DNA of 37,006 nt, from assembly GCA_048938855.1 (NCBI GenBank), contig JBHLLT010000030.1, positions 1 through 37,006 of the forward strand. Reading direction: 5' to 3'. Position numbers and translations under genes: made by a program. The notes below the pieces were generated by a model, which saw only the letters and a program-made list of their open reading frames with translations, made no database searches and was not told the DNA's origin. Below are positions 9,135-18,333 of this stretch, one piece after another. Numbering within the stretch: position 1 is the stretch's first letter; every line of letters starts with the position of its first letter. This stretch comes from Promethearchaeota archaeon (GTDB taxonomy: Archaea > Asgardarchaeota > Lokiarchaeia > Sigyniarchaeales > SOKP01).

Positions 9135-9893
9135 GTGAAATATTTATCGATATCATATATGAAGTCTTTTAGTATTATCCCTGTAATTGATATTTTAAAT
9201 TCTAGCGCAGTACATGCCATAAAAGGAGAAAGGGTAAATTATAAACCATTAAAATCATCTTTATTTCAATCCTCTGACCCTGTAGACATTATTAGAACAA
9301 TAAGAAAGAAGTTGAATTTCCATGAATTCTACATAGCAGATTTAGATTCCATTATAAAGGGAATCCCAAACTTAAATATAATAAATAAAATATTAGATCT
9401 TCCTAAAATTGAATTAATATTAGATCCAGGAATTGTTAATCTTAAGGGAGTTAAACAGTTTAAAGACCTACCAATTAAAAGGCTAATAATCGGATTAGAA
9501 ACCATAAAAAGTTATAAAGTTCTTAGTCAGAGTTTAGAAATCATTAATCCAGAGAAAATTACTGTCAGTGTTGATATGTATAAAGAACAGATTTTAACAA
9601 AAGCTAAAGATATAATGAATCATACTCCAATTGATCTTGTAAAAAAAATTGAATCTTTGGGTGTAAAAAGCATAATTCTATTAGATTTATTTAGAGTAGG
9701 TCAGAAAATTGGAGGAATTCCAACCCTTTATCTGGAGATTTTAAAAAATTTTAGTGGGGATATTTTTGTTGGGGGTGGAATAAAAAATATTGAAGATGTC
9801 TTGAATTATAAAGACCATAACTTCTCTGGTATATTAATAGCCACAGCTTTATACGATGGATCAATAAATATTGAAAAATTAAGGGAATTATAG
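9135..9893 (+). CDS. HisA/HisF-related TIM-barrel protein (family associated with C1-cofactor biosynthesis)
   Basis: IIPVIDI..AVHAIKGERVNYKP, YIADLDSI, LLDLFRVG, VGGGI motifs; close to mfnB. Confidence 0.8.
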   Translation: MKYLSISYMKSFSIIPVIDILNSSAVHAIKGERVNYKPLKSSLFQSSDPVDIIRTIRKKLNFHEFYIADLDSIIKGIPNLNIINKILDLPKIELILDPGIVNLKGVKQFKDLPIKRLIIGLETIKSYKVLSQSLEIINPEKITVSVDMYKEQILTKAKDIMNHTPIDLVKKIESLGVKSIILLDLFRVGQKIGGIPTLYLEILKNFSGDIFVGGGIKNIEDVLNYKDHNFSGILIATALYDGSINIEKLREL

Positions 9894-9907
9894 TAAATTT
9901 TAAAATT

Positions 9908-10441
9908 TTAATCTATAAAAATTACTCCTGTACTTGAAACATTTAACGATTTTTTACATACCGGACAAGTCTGTTTCATTCTAACCCAATCTGTCAAATG
10001 ATCCTTGTGAGCCTTTGCTTCGCATATAGGACAACCAGTTACTTCATCAAAAATCTCGATATTTTTTCCACATACAGAGCACTTTGTTTTAGATGCAGTA
10101 GCTATTCTAATTACTCCCTTTTTAATATCTAATGTTACTTTTTCAGTATTTTCTGCATTGGGGTTAATTTGTTTTAACTCATCTTTGGTATCAACACAAA
10201 AAATGGAACCTTCGGTATCATCTTTCTTATTTCCAATCCAGACAACTTTGCCTTTAAAATAACCTGAACCTTGATCTTCTAATGATAATTCCAAATTTCT
10301 ATCTTCCATAACATAGGTTTGAATTACTTTTGTATATTTTAAGTTTAAGTTTGATGATAATTGTTTCACTACTTCAATTGGTTCTTTAAATACTTCATTG
10401 GTAATATCCACTTTTGTAATTTCTTTTGGTGACATAATCAA
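9908..10441 (-). CDS. Protein with a C-terminal RING-like zinc finger
   Basis: CSVC-x12-CPIC-x4-H-x2-H-LTDW-x6-CPVC. Confidence 0.65.
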   Translation of the reverse strand: MIMSPKEITKVDITNEVFKEPIEVVKQLSSNLNLKYTKVIQTYVMEDRNLELSLEDQGSGYFKGKVVWIGNKKDDTEGSIFCVDTKDELKQINPNAENTEKVTLDIKKGVIRIATASKTKCSVCGKNIEIFDEVTGCPICEAKAHKDHLTDWVRMKQTCPVCKKSLNVSSTGVIFID

Positions 10442-10638
10442 CTCGTGATTTTTTTTTATATTTAATAAAAATGATTTAATTTAAATTTTTATATAAAATT
10501 ATACAAAAATAAATGTTTTGGAATTCTTAGATGTAATTTAGAAATTATTAACTAAATAAAATTTCTACTTCTTCGAATTATTCATATTTAATATCCTAAA
10601 TAAATTTTTTAATATTTTTACATTATATAAGAACAATC

Positions 10639-11397
10639 TTGTCACATAAAATTCGACTTTTAATTAGTCCCAAAACAATTGAAGAAGCTAAAATTATTGT
10701 TGCCAATCAAATAGAATATATTGATTGTAAAAATCCCGATGAAGGATCATTGGGAGCAAATTTCCCATGGATTATTAGCGAGATGAAGAAACTAATTCCT
10801 CCCGAGAGTTCTCAACTCCTTAGCGCAACTATAGGAGACTTTCCAAATTTACCCGGTTCAGCTTCATTAGCTGCTCTTGGTGCAGCAGTTTCTGGTGCAG
10901 ATATAATTAAAGTCGGTTTAAAAGGCCCCAATAACGAAAGAACGGGTATAGAACTAATGAAAAAAGTTGTGAAAGCTGTAAAAGACTATAATAAAGATAT
11001 TAAAGTTGTTGTTGCCGGATATGCTGATCGAATTAGAATGAATTCTTCACCAGAATTCATGAGTATTCCCTCAATTGCTTTGGAATCGGGAGCGGACATT
11101 GCTATGCTTGATACTTTTATTAAAGATAAGAAGGGGCTTTTTGATTTTTTATCTAAAGATCAACTAATTCAATTTAAAGAAAAGGCAAAAGAGTCAGATC
11201 TAGAAATTGCTTTAGCGGGGAACTTAAGGAAAAAAGATATTCCCTTACTAATAAAAATTTCACCTGATATAATAGGAGTAAGATCTGTTGTATGTGAAGG
11301 GTATGATAGATTGAATGGTTCTATCAAATCAGAGCTTATTGAAGACTTAAAAACGGAGCTCTCCAATAATTATCAAGAAAATTTGCACATCGTATAG
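10639..11397 (+). CDS. mfnB: (5-formylfuran-3-yl)methyl phosphate synthase (methanofuran biosynthesis)
   Basis: LLISP..EEA, DCKNPDEGSLGANFPW, SATIGD, IKVGL, MLDTFIKD, ALAG, GVRSVVC; TTG start. Confidence 0.92.
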   Translation: MSHKIRLLISPKTIEEAKIIVANQIEYIDCKNPDEGSLGANFPWIISEMKKLIPPESSQLLSATIGDFPNLPGSASLAALGAAVSGADIIKVGLKGPNNERTGIELMKKVVKAVKDYNKDIKVVVAGYADRIRMNSSPEFMSIPSIALESGADIAMLDTFIKDKKGLFDFLSKDQLIQFKEKAKESDLEIALAGNLRKKDIPLLIKISPDIIGVRSVVCEGYDRLNGSIKSELIEDLKTELSNNYQENLHIV

Positions 11398-11446
11398 GAA
11401 GAAGTAATTTTTCTTGATAAAAACATTAATTAAGGCTTATAAGAGG

Positions 11447-12409
11447 TTATTTTGTTTTTAATAGAATAGATTTATTTTGTTGTATATGAGTAGAAAAAGT
11501 CTTCAGTTCTGGTTTATAGGATTCCATCACATTTAAAACCTCATTTTCCTTCTCTTTTCCGCATATTGCGTAAACTGAACGCCCTAATTGATTCATACTA
11601 GCACCAATGATATCTAACCTATTTAAATCATCAATTAATTCTTTAACTTTTGATAATTTAAGGATCTCAAGAATTTCAGTATTTCTTACAAACTCAAGTG
11701 AAATATCCAAAAAGGATTTTATATCAGGATTTTTAATAATTTTTTTTAGTGCTATTTTACCAGCTTCCTTTATCTTAATATTTAAAACGGGATTAGTTAA
11801 AATTGATTTTGTATGAATCATCCCAAAGGAACCACAAATAATTATAATATTTGATGGTGTTTTAATTCGCTTATATACACATGGATATCCTGGTTCTTTA
11901 ACAATCCCTATACCACCATTTAATTGACCACAAACAGTTCCTAAGCCTGTGTGGTTCACTACTTCTGCAATATGCGCAATTTTACCTTGTTCATAGTAGG
12001 ATAATCCTAATTTAAATAAATTATTTAAACCAAATATTGTTCCTAATGCACCAGCTCCGCTAGCACCATACCCACATCCCACAGGTAAATCAAAAAAATG
12101 ATTAATCCTTATGTTATAAGGATTTTTAATAAATTTCTTAATTTGGTCAACTATATAGGAAGTTGTTTCAGCCTGTTGATTCATTTTATTACCATTGATA
12201 TATATTTCAACCATGAAATCATTGTTCCGCTTGAAATTTTCAGCAATAATTTCTGTTTTTCCTTTAGCACTAAGACATAATCCAGCTCCTCGAGATCCAA
12301 CTCTTTCAGGATCAATTATTTTAATTCCGTTAATTTTATCAACTATCTCAAAAAATCCAGAGATTCTAAGGGGGACTTCCACTATTATTTTTTTAGTGTT
12401 TTTAGACAT
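11447..12409 (-). CDS. Pantoate kinase (GHMP kinase family)
   Basis: P.RISGFF, GSRGAG, LPVGCGYGASGA, AHIAEV...TGLG, ASMNQLG. Confidence 0.85.
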   Translation of the reverse strand: MSKNTKKIIVEVPLRISGFFEIVDKINGIKIIDPERVGSRGAGLCLSAKGKTEIIAENFKRNNDFMVEIYINGNKMNQQAETTSYIVDQIKKFIKNPYNIRINHFFDLPVGCGYGASGAGALGTIFGLNNLFKLGLSYYEQGKIAHIAEVVNHTGLGTVCGQLNGGIGIVKEPGYPCVYKRIKTPSNIIIICGSFGMIHTKSILTNPVLNIKIKEAGKIALKKIIKNPDIKSFLDISLEFVRNTEILEILKLSKVKELIDDLNRLDIIGASMNQLGRSVYAICGKEKENEVLNVMESYKPELKTFSTHIQQNKSILLKTK

Positions 12410-12478
12410 AAACCTAAAATAACTTAATTTATCAATTCTACTATATAATAATACAAAGAAGATTTCAATGAAAATATT

Positions 12479-13186
12479 ATGAAAGGTAGACGTGTAATTA
12501 AAATAGGTGGATCTTTATTATTTACTGAAAATGGAGTTCTTGATTTGACAAGGATTCAAAAATTCTGTCAAATGTTCAAAGAAAACAATAATTCTGATAC
12601 TATTGTTATTATATGTGGTGGTGGAATGATTGCTAGGGAATATATTAATGCTGTAAGATCTTTTCAAGAAAATGAAGCGTTATGTGATACATTTGGAATT
12701 GATCTCTCACGAATAAATTCAAAATTGTTAATTGCTTCTTTAAAAGACTTAGCGTATCCATTAGTTCCAAAATCAATAGAAGAACTCTCAATGGCATTAC
12801 TTTTTAATAAAATTATAGTTATGGGTGGCTTACAACCGGGACAATCTACAACATCTGTTGCACTTGAAGTAGCGGAATTCATGAATGCTGACGAATTGAT
12901 AATTTTAACAGATGTCGAAGGAATATATGATAAAGATCCAAAAAAATTTGATGATGCAAAGTTGTTAAAAAACCTAACGTATAGAGAACTACAAGACATA
13001 ATTTTTGACTCATCTCAAGATAAACAAGCAGCAGCAGGAGAATATCGTATTTTTGATGCTGTTTCTTTACAAATTTTAAAAAGAAGTAATATTAAAACTG
13101 TGATATTGTCTGGTAAAAATCTTAATGAATTTGAAAAATATTGGAATGGTGAAGTAGATATTACTTGTACTATTATAACTAATTGA
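12479..13186 (+). CDS. pyrH: Uridylate kinase
   Basis: VIKIGGS, GGGMIAREYI, MGGLQPGQSTTSVA, TDVEGIYDKDP. Confidence 0.93.
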   Translation: MKGRRVIKIGGSLLFTENGVLDLTRIQKFCQMFKENNNSDTIVIICGGGMIAREYINAVRSFQENEALCDTFGIDLSRINSKLLIASLKDLAYPLVPKSIEELSMALLFNKIIVMGGLQPGQSTTSVALEVAEFMNADELIILTDVEGIYDKDPKKFDDAKLLKNLTYRELQDIIFDSSQDKQAAAGEYRIFDAVSLQILKRSNIKTVILSGKNLNEFEKYWNGEVDITCTIITN

Positions 13187-13259
13187 AAAGCTTTGATAAA
13201 TTATTTTAATCTTCTAATTTTTATTATCTTATATTAAACCTTATAAAATTTAGTTAAAG

Positions 13260-13502
13260 ATGTCTCAATCTTCATGGAAAGATCAAATTAAAAAAAAATG
13301 GGGACCTCATAGTCATTGTCCCATCTGTGGTAAAGCTATGCCTACTGATAAGAAATTTTGTAGTCAAGCTTGTAAAGATAATTACTTTGAATCAGAGAGG
13401 AAACAAAAAAGAAAGGGAAGATTACAATGTATATTTTTGATTGTAATGCTGGTAGTGATGATGCTCGTGATGATTGTACTCCCAATGTTTTCGCAGGGAT
13501 AA
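13260..13502 (+). CDS. DUF2116-type Zn-ribbon protein with a C-terminal transmembrane helix
   Basis: PHSHCPICGKAMP...FCSQAC followed by a ~20-residue hydrophobic tail; last 10 nt overlap tRNA-Leu. Confidence 0.8.
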   Translation: MSQSSWKDQIKKKWGPHSHCPICGKAMPTDKKFCSQACKDNYFESERKQKRKGRLQCIFLIVMLVVMMLVMIVLPMFSQG

Positions 13503-13654
13503 CCAAGTTGGTCAACGGTGCCGGACTTTTATGGAATATACATCTAATTAACCGGATTCAAGATCTATTTATTATTATCTCCGTTGATTAACATAATAAG
13601 TAATGGGATATCCGGTGAGATAGCTCTTCGTGGGTTCGAATCCCACTCCCTGCA
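13493..13654 (+). tRNA. trnL: tRNA-Leu(CAA) with two introns: 32/33 (13527-13557) and 37/38 (13563-13609)
   Basis: Acceptor GCAGGGA/TCCCTGC; spliced anticodon arm CCGGA-CTCAAGA-TCCGG; BHB helices CCGG/CCGG and CTCA/TGGG; spliced length 84 nt with a long variable arm. Confidence 0.9.
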
Positions 13655-14020
13655 CTATTCTTTTTTATTAGAGATTTTTTCTAAAGTTTCATTTAGAAAT
13701 TTCACTAAAGGTTTAATTATACCTTCCTGACTCTTTGTATTTTTCAAAAATAAAAGTAAAAGTACTGGAGCTTTTAAAATGTTTGTTGTTTTTTCAGCTA
13801 TAATAGTACTTAATAACTTTGTGTTCATACCAAAAAGACTATAAGAAGCTGTTGGTGATTTAATTCCGTTAATCACAGAAGGACTGCTTAAAGTCACGTT
13901 TCCAATTCCCATATCCTCTTGATCAGAAATCAATAAAAGAAAACTCTTATGTAATTTAAATAGATTTAAATAAATAGTAATATCATCAATTTTAATATTT
14001 GATTCAGTTAAAAGCTTCAT
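13655..14020 (-). CDS. Small protein resembling proteasome assembly chaperone PAC3/PAC4 family
   Basis: Size (121 aa) and pattern FLLLISD...GIGNVTLS.P...S.SLFG...IAEK....LKAPVLL resemble PAC4-like proteins; recalled similarity only. Confidence 0.5.
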   Translation of the reverse strand: MKLLTESNIKIDDITIYLNLFKLHKSFLLLISDQEDMGIGNVTLSSPSVINGIKSPTASYSLFGMNTKLLSTIIAEKTTNILKAPVLLLLFLKNTKSQEGIIKPLVKFLNETLEKISNKKE

Positions 14021-14095
14021 TATTTACCCATCAAATCCCTCTATTTTCGAAGTTTTCTTCATTTCTTATCATAAAGTCTAATATGTGAGTATTTT

Positions 14096-14599
14096 TTAAT
14101 CATCCGCTATGACTACATCCGATAATCTCTGTCTTCGAATATCAAAATCATGATCTAGATGAATTGTTAAGCAATGCTGATCTTTATTTCGAAGATTTTT
14201 ATGTACATAACTTATAGGAACAACTGGTAAATCTGAATCTAATACTGCTTTTTTAGGAACGGGAACAGGAATAACAGCTTCACAGCGTTCGCAATTTACT
14301 AAAACAACCTTTATATCTACTGATTCAAATTTTTTCATTCGTTCCAATACATCATTTGATAATTTTGAAGTATCTAATGTTAATTTTTTTTTTTTCTTTG
14401 GTGCTTCCGGAACGATAGGGATATCTAGATTCAAATGTTCTTTCGATAAATAATCTGAATCTGTTTCTTGTTCCTCTTTATTAGAAGTTTTTTTATTTTC
14501 AACTTCCTTAATTTTTACATGCTTTCCATTTTTCTTTATGCTTTTAGAACTAGATGTTTTGGTTATATTACTTTTATCTTTTTTAGTCAAAAATCTCAC
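14096..14599 (-). CDS. Hypothetical protein: charged, probably disordered N-terminus and a C-terminal CxxC/His putative metal-binding domain
   Basis: VNCERC...YVH...HCLTIHLDHDFDIR. Confidence 0.6.
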   Translation of the reverse strand: MRFLTKKDKSNITKTSSSKSIKKNGKHVKIKEVENKKTSNKEEQETDSDYLSKEHLNLDIPIVPEAPKKKKKLTLDTSKLSNDVLERMKKFESVDIKVVLVNCERCEAVIPVPVPKKAVLDSDLPVVPISYVHKNLRNKDQHCLTIHLDHDFDIRRQRLSDVVIADD

Positions 14600-14794
14600 A
14601 CCATTACTTAAGTTGAATTATTCTATTATTATGAATACCTAAAATATTAAATGAATTTATGTGTTTGTAATATGAAATTATCAATTCTGTCTATTAACAA
14701 ATAGGAATATGAAATAATAAAGTATATAATTTTTTTCCAAAATTTCAATTAAAATATAAATGTAAGCGAAAAATTTTCTCCACTTATTTTTAAT

Positions 14795-15454
14795 TTAAAC
14801 CCCAAAAATTTGTCTTAGCTCATTATAAATCTTTGATAATTCTGAAATTATTTGAGCATTATTTTGCTGAAGATAATAATTAATATAACCCGCTAAACCT
14901 TCACTATCCTTGATCCAGTCAAGAAATGATTGAATTTCCCCTTTTAATTGAGGATCTAGACTTGGTCCTGCACCATATGAAGAAGTGGCTCCGGAGGATG
15001 AAGTATCACCCATTTGGGCTACTTTTTGTCCCATTTGAGCATGAACATCCATATATGGCCCTTGTGAGCTCATTGATCCTACTGCTCTTTGGACATCCAT
15101 TATAGCTCCACGAGCATCACCATCTGGCTGAAGATAGCAAATAAGCTTATGCTCATCGTCTTTTGCTGCACAAATACTTCCTTCACCTTTTAATGATATG
15201 GCCACTAAACGTTCAGCCTCCATTTGTAAAATTGAATATTTAACTCCAGAAACCATTATAAATTGAGCATTTTGACCAACCCAACTTGATACTAGTCTGT
15301 CAACATCTCCACTAATATCCCAATTATCTGTTGTATATATAACTTGTTTCCCTTTGATTACAGCTGCAGCTATAATATTAGGATCTGATTGCATCAAATT
15401 ATAAACTGCCGTTGCTGGATCTACTGGCATCCTTTTTCCTCCTTCTTTTGGCAC
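14795..15454 (-). CDS. Asgard-type profilin with a C-terminal extension
   Basis: IIAAAVI...TTDNWDIS...GVKYSILQMEAERLVA...GEGSI...ICYLQPDG resembles Asgard profilins; followed by a Gly/Ser linker and a ~50-aa helical tail. Alternative start at MPVDP. Confidence 0.75.
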   Translation of the reverse strand: MPKEGGKRMPVDPATAVYNLMQSDPNIIAAAVIKGKQVIYTTDNWDISGDVDRLVSSWVGQNAQFIMVSGVKYSILQMEAERLVAISLKGEGSICAAKDDEHKLICYLQPDGDARGAIMDVQRAVGSMSSQGPYMDVHAQMGQKVAQMGDTSSSGATSSYGAGPSLDPQLKGEIQSFLDWIKDSEGLAGYINYYLQQNNAQIISELSKIYNELRQIFGV

Positions 15455-16095
15455 ATTTTAAATATTATAATGTCTACAGTCATTAAATTTTGTTATAAAA
15501 TAATTATATACTAATTTATTAAAAATTTATCTATAACATAATTTTATCCTTTTTTTTCTCCTTTTTTCTTTTAATTCTTCTGAATTTCACTTTTATCTAT
15601 GCGGTATTTTGCTTAACATCTCTTAGGTACTTCTCTTTAATATGATATTTATAGGAATGTCAATATTTTTAAAACAGAGGTTGTTCAAGAATTGTTTTTC
15701 TAACATAACTTTTACTTTTTTTGAATAATAATTGGATCCTTTTAGTTGCCACTGAATATCTATTTATGATGCCGACAAAATAGTCTCGTTAGTTTCCCTT
15801 AAAGGAATTATTATAAATAAAGATTAATTCCAATATTGAATACAAATATCAATCCAATTTAATGACAGAATTATTATAATATTTAAGGAACTCAGAGATA
15901 TATATGTGTTCTCAATGACTTATAATAATGTCGCATTATATTAAAGATAAGAAAGAATTTATTAAATTTTTAAAATCTAATAGTAAATTCAAAAATACTA
16001 AACTGAGTTTTTTATTAACTGACAAATCCTCAAAACGCAAACATTTAAATTTGCAAGTTCAATTATGAAAATTAAAGAAGAGAATTATTAAAGGG

Positions 16096-17034
16096 TTGGC
16101 ATTATTGGATCTTACATTCCCTCAAAAAAATTTCACTTTATGCCCAGAATGTGGTAACGAAAATATAATCTCAGATGAATCTCGTGGTGAGATTATTTGT
16201 AACGTATGTGGTTTAGTTTTAAGTCAAAGACTTATAGACACCGGTCCTGAATGGCGAGCATTCACGTCTGAAGAAGCCAATAAAAAAGTGAGAGTAGGAG
16301 CGCCTACAACACTTACTCTTCATGATAAGGGGCTAAGTACAATGATTGGTTGGAAGAATAAAGATGCATTTGGAAAGACAATTAGTCCAAAAATGAAAGC
16401 AGAGGTGTACCGGTTAAGAAAGTGGCATGTAAGAACAAGAACCAATAAATCGATTGATAGAAACTTAGCATATGCTATGAATGAGTTAGATAGATTTTCT
16501 TCACAATTAAATCTCTCTAAAGACTTAAAGGAATCTGCTGCTCATATCTATAGAAAAATGGCAAATAAAAACTTGATAAGGGGAAGATCGATTGAAGCGA
16601 TGCTGATAGGTTCAATTTATTTATCTTGTAGATTAAATAGCATCCCAAAAACCTTAGATGATTTTATTGAATTTGCCTCTGTAGATAAAAAAAAAGTAGC
16701 CCGATGTTATAGATTAATCTTAAATGAACTTAAACTGAATATTCAAGTCTCCTCTCCAATTAATTTCATTCCAAGGTTTTGTGCCGAATTAAAACTTTCT
16801 GGTAAAACTCAGAATAGAGCTGCTTCGATTTTAAAACTTGCGAAAAAATACCGTATTACAGCGGGGAAAGCACCCACTGGACTTGCAGGTGCTGCTTTAT
16901 ATGTTGCTGCAATACAAGAAGGAGAGCGGCGTACTCAAAAAGAAATTTCTATAGCCGCTGGAGTTACCGAAGCAACTATCAGAAATAGGTACAAAGAGCT
17001 AGTAAACCATCTAAAATTCGAAATAAATCCCTGA
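16096..17034 (+). CDS. tfb: Transcription initiation factor B
   Basis: CPECG...CNVCG Zn ribbon, GPEWRAF, TLHDKGLST, two cyclin repeats, GVTEATIRNRYKEL; TTG start. Confidence 0.97.
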   Translation: MALLDLTFPQKNFTLCPECGNENIISDESRGEIICNVCGLVLSQRLIDTGPEWRAFTSEEANKKVRVGAPTTLTLHDKGLSTMIGWKNKDAFGKTISPKMKAEVYRLRKWHVRTRTNKSIDRNLAYAMNELDRFSSQLNLSKDLKESAAHIYRKMANKNLIRGRSIEAMLIGSIYLSCRLNSIPKTLDDFIEFASVDKKKVARCYRLILNELKLNIQVSSPINFIPRFCAELKLSGKTQNRAASILKLAKKYRITAGKAPTGLAGAALYVAAIQEGERRTQKEISIAAGVTEATIRNRYKELVNHLKFEINP

Positions 17035-17100
17035 TATATTCTTTTCTTTTAATATATAAAATCAGAAAAAAAAAACATCTTTTTGACAAAAAAAATAGAA

Positions 17101-17250
17101 TTAACGAACTTTGATTCGTTTAATTACATCAGGTCTTTTTTTATATAAAATACGAAATCCACAGTGAGAACACTTAATACCCGGAAGAGCGCTCAATTCT
17201 TTTTTGCTAACTTCCTTCCCGCAACTCTTCCTAGCACACACATATCTCAT
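17101..17250 (-). CDS. rpo12: DNA-directed RNA polymerase subunit P (Rpo12)
   Basis: Not in the ORF track; translated by hand: MRYVCARKSCGKEV...LPGIKCSHCGFRILYKKRPDVIKRIKVR (49 aa). Confidence 0.92.
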   Translation of the reverse strand: MRYVCARKSCGKEVSKKELSALPGIKCSHCGFRILYKKRPDVIKRIKVR

Positions 17251-17349
17251 ATTTAATTTAAATTAACCATAATTAAAATACTTTTTCCTTGATTCTTTTA
17301 ACAATAATCAGTTTGCAAGGAAGAAGAAGTTATAATAAAGTAAAAGTTA

Positions 17350-18159
17350 TTAAATATATAATGATTTTCGTTTATCCTCTGTGTCTACAACTTGTAGGGA
17401 GTCAAGATCTTTTTCTAATTGATCTCTCTTTATTTGAAGATTTTTAGTAATATCTTCAATATTTTCTAAAGTGTACTTTTTCTTTATCGGAAGAGTAAAG
17501 GATTTTTTAAGCATTTCTAAGAGAGTAATTGAAGCTTTCAAATCAGTTATATCTTCATTAATCATAGCAATATTATCTGTTTCTGCTAAAAAAACTAATC
17601 CATCAATGTTAAATCGAGCTTTTGCTAATGTTGGAATTAAACCATTAGCCCCAATAATAACACCTTTTTGAATCTTTTGACAATTACTTTCAACTAAATA
17701 GTGAGTTAATAATTCTTGATTTGTTGCACTGAGGAAGATCTTTGGGAGTTTTGTGTTAATTTTTCTACTACTAACTGGATATGCCCCCAAAGCAATTATT
17801 AATTTGATTCCATATTGGTGGATAAGTTCAGTCAGAAAATTAGATATTTTATATATCCCTTTTGGAGTAAGACTTTGGGCATCAGCAGTAATTAATAATA
17901 AATCTCTCAACTCGTTTGGATCTTTCCAATATAAAATTTCTGCTTTAGGAGCAGATAATAAACTGTCATCTACAATAGCTCCGGCAGGATAATCATCAAA
18001 AATGATATCAACTAAATTTTGGGCATTAAGCTGACCAATAAGAGAATCTAATGCAAACTTACCCACATCAGCAATTCCAGGCATTCCCAAAATACATATT
18101 GGCCTTATAAAATCCTCTTTTCCTAAATTTTCATGTTTTATAGTTCGTATTCCTTCCAT
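17350..18159 (-). CDS. PAC2 family proteasome assembly chaperone
   Basis: ILGMPGIADVGK, LLLITADAQ, IIALGAY, GVIIGANGLI, LAET. Confidence 0.82.
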   Translation of the reverse strand: MEGIRTIKHENLGKEDFIRPICILGMPGIADVGKFALDSLIGQLNAQNLVDIIFDDYPAGAIVDDSLLSAPKAEILYWKDPNELRDLLLITADAQSLTPKGIYKISNFLTELIHQYGIKLIIALGAYPVSSRKINTKLPKIFLSATNQELLTHYLVESNCQKIQKGVIIGANGLIPTLAKARFNIDGLVFLAETDNIAMINEDITDLKASITLLEMLKKSFTLPIKKKYTLENIEDITKNLQIKRDQLEKDLDSLQVVDTEDKRKSLYI

Positions 18160-18333
18160 AAATTAAACCTTATATGTTAAAAATTGTCTCTAATAATAGG
18201 GTGAATTTATCAATTTAAAAACAATGTATTATCCTAGTAGACACATGATTTATTGTAAAAGTAATATAATCATAATATCGAAAAATTAAATTGATGGAGT
18301 TATCTTATACTCCTTGTTAAAAAAAAAATTTTC

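Noticed and set aside
9135-11397. Methanogenesis inferred from mfnB and the HisA/F-related gene
   Set aside because: Methanofuran genes also serve the archaeal Wood-Ljungdahl pathway; no mcr or mtr genes are in the window.
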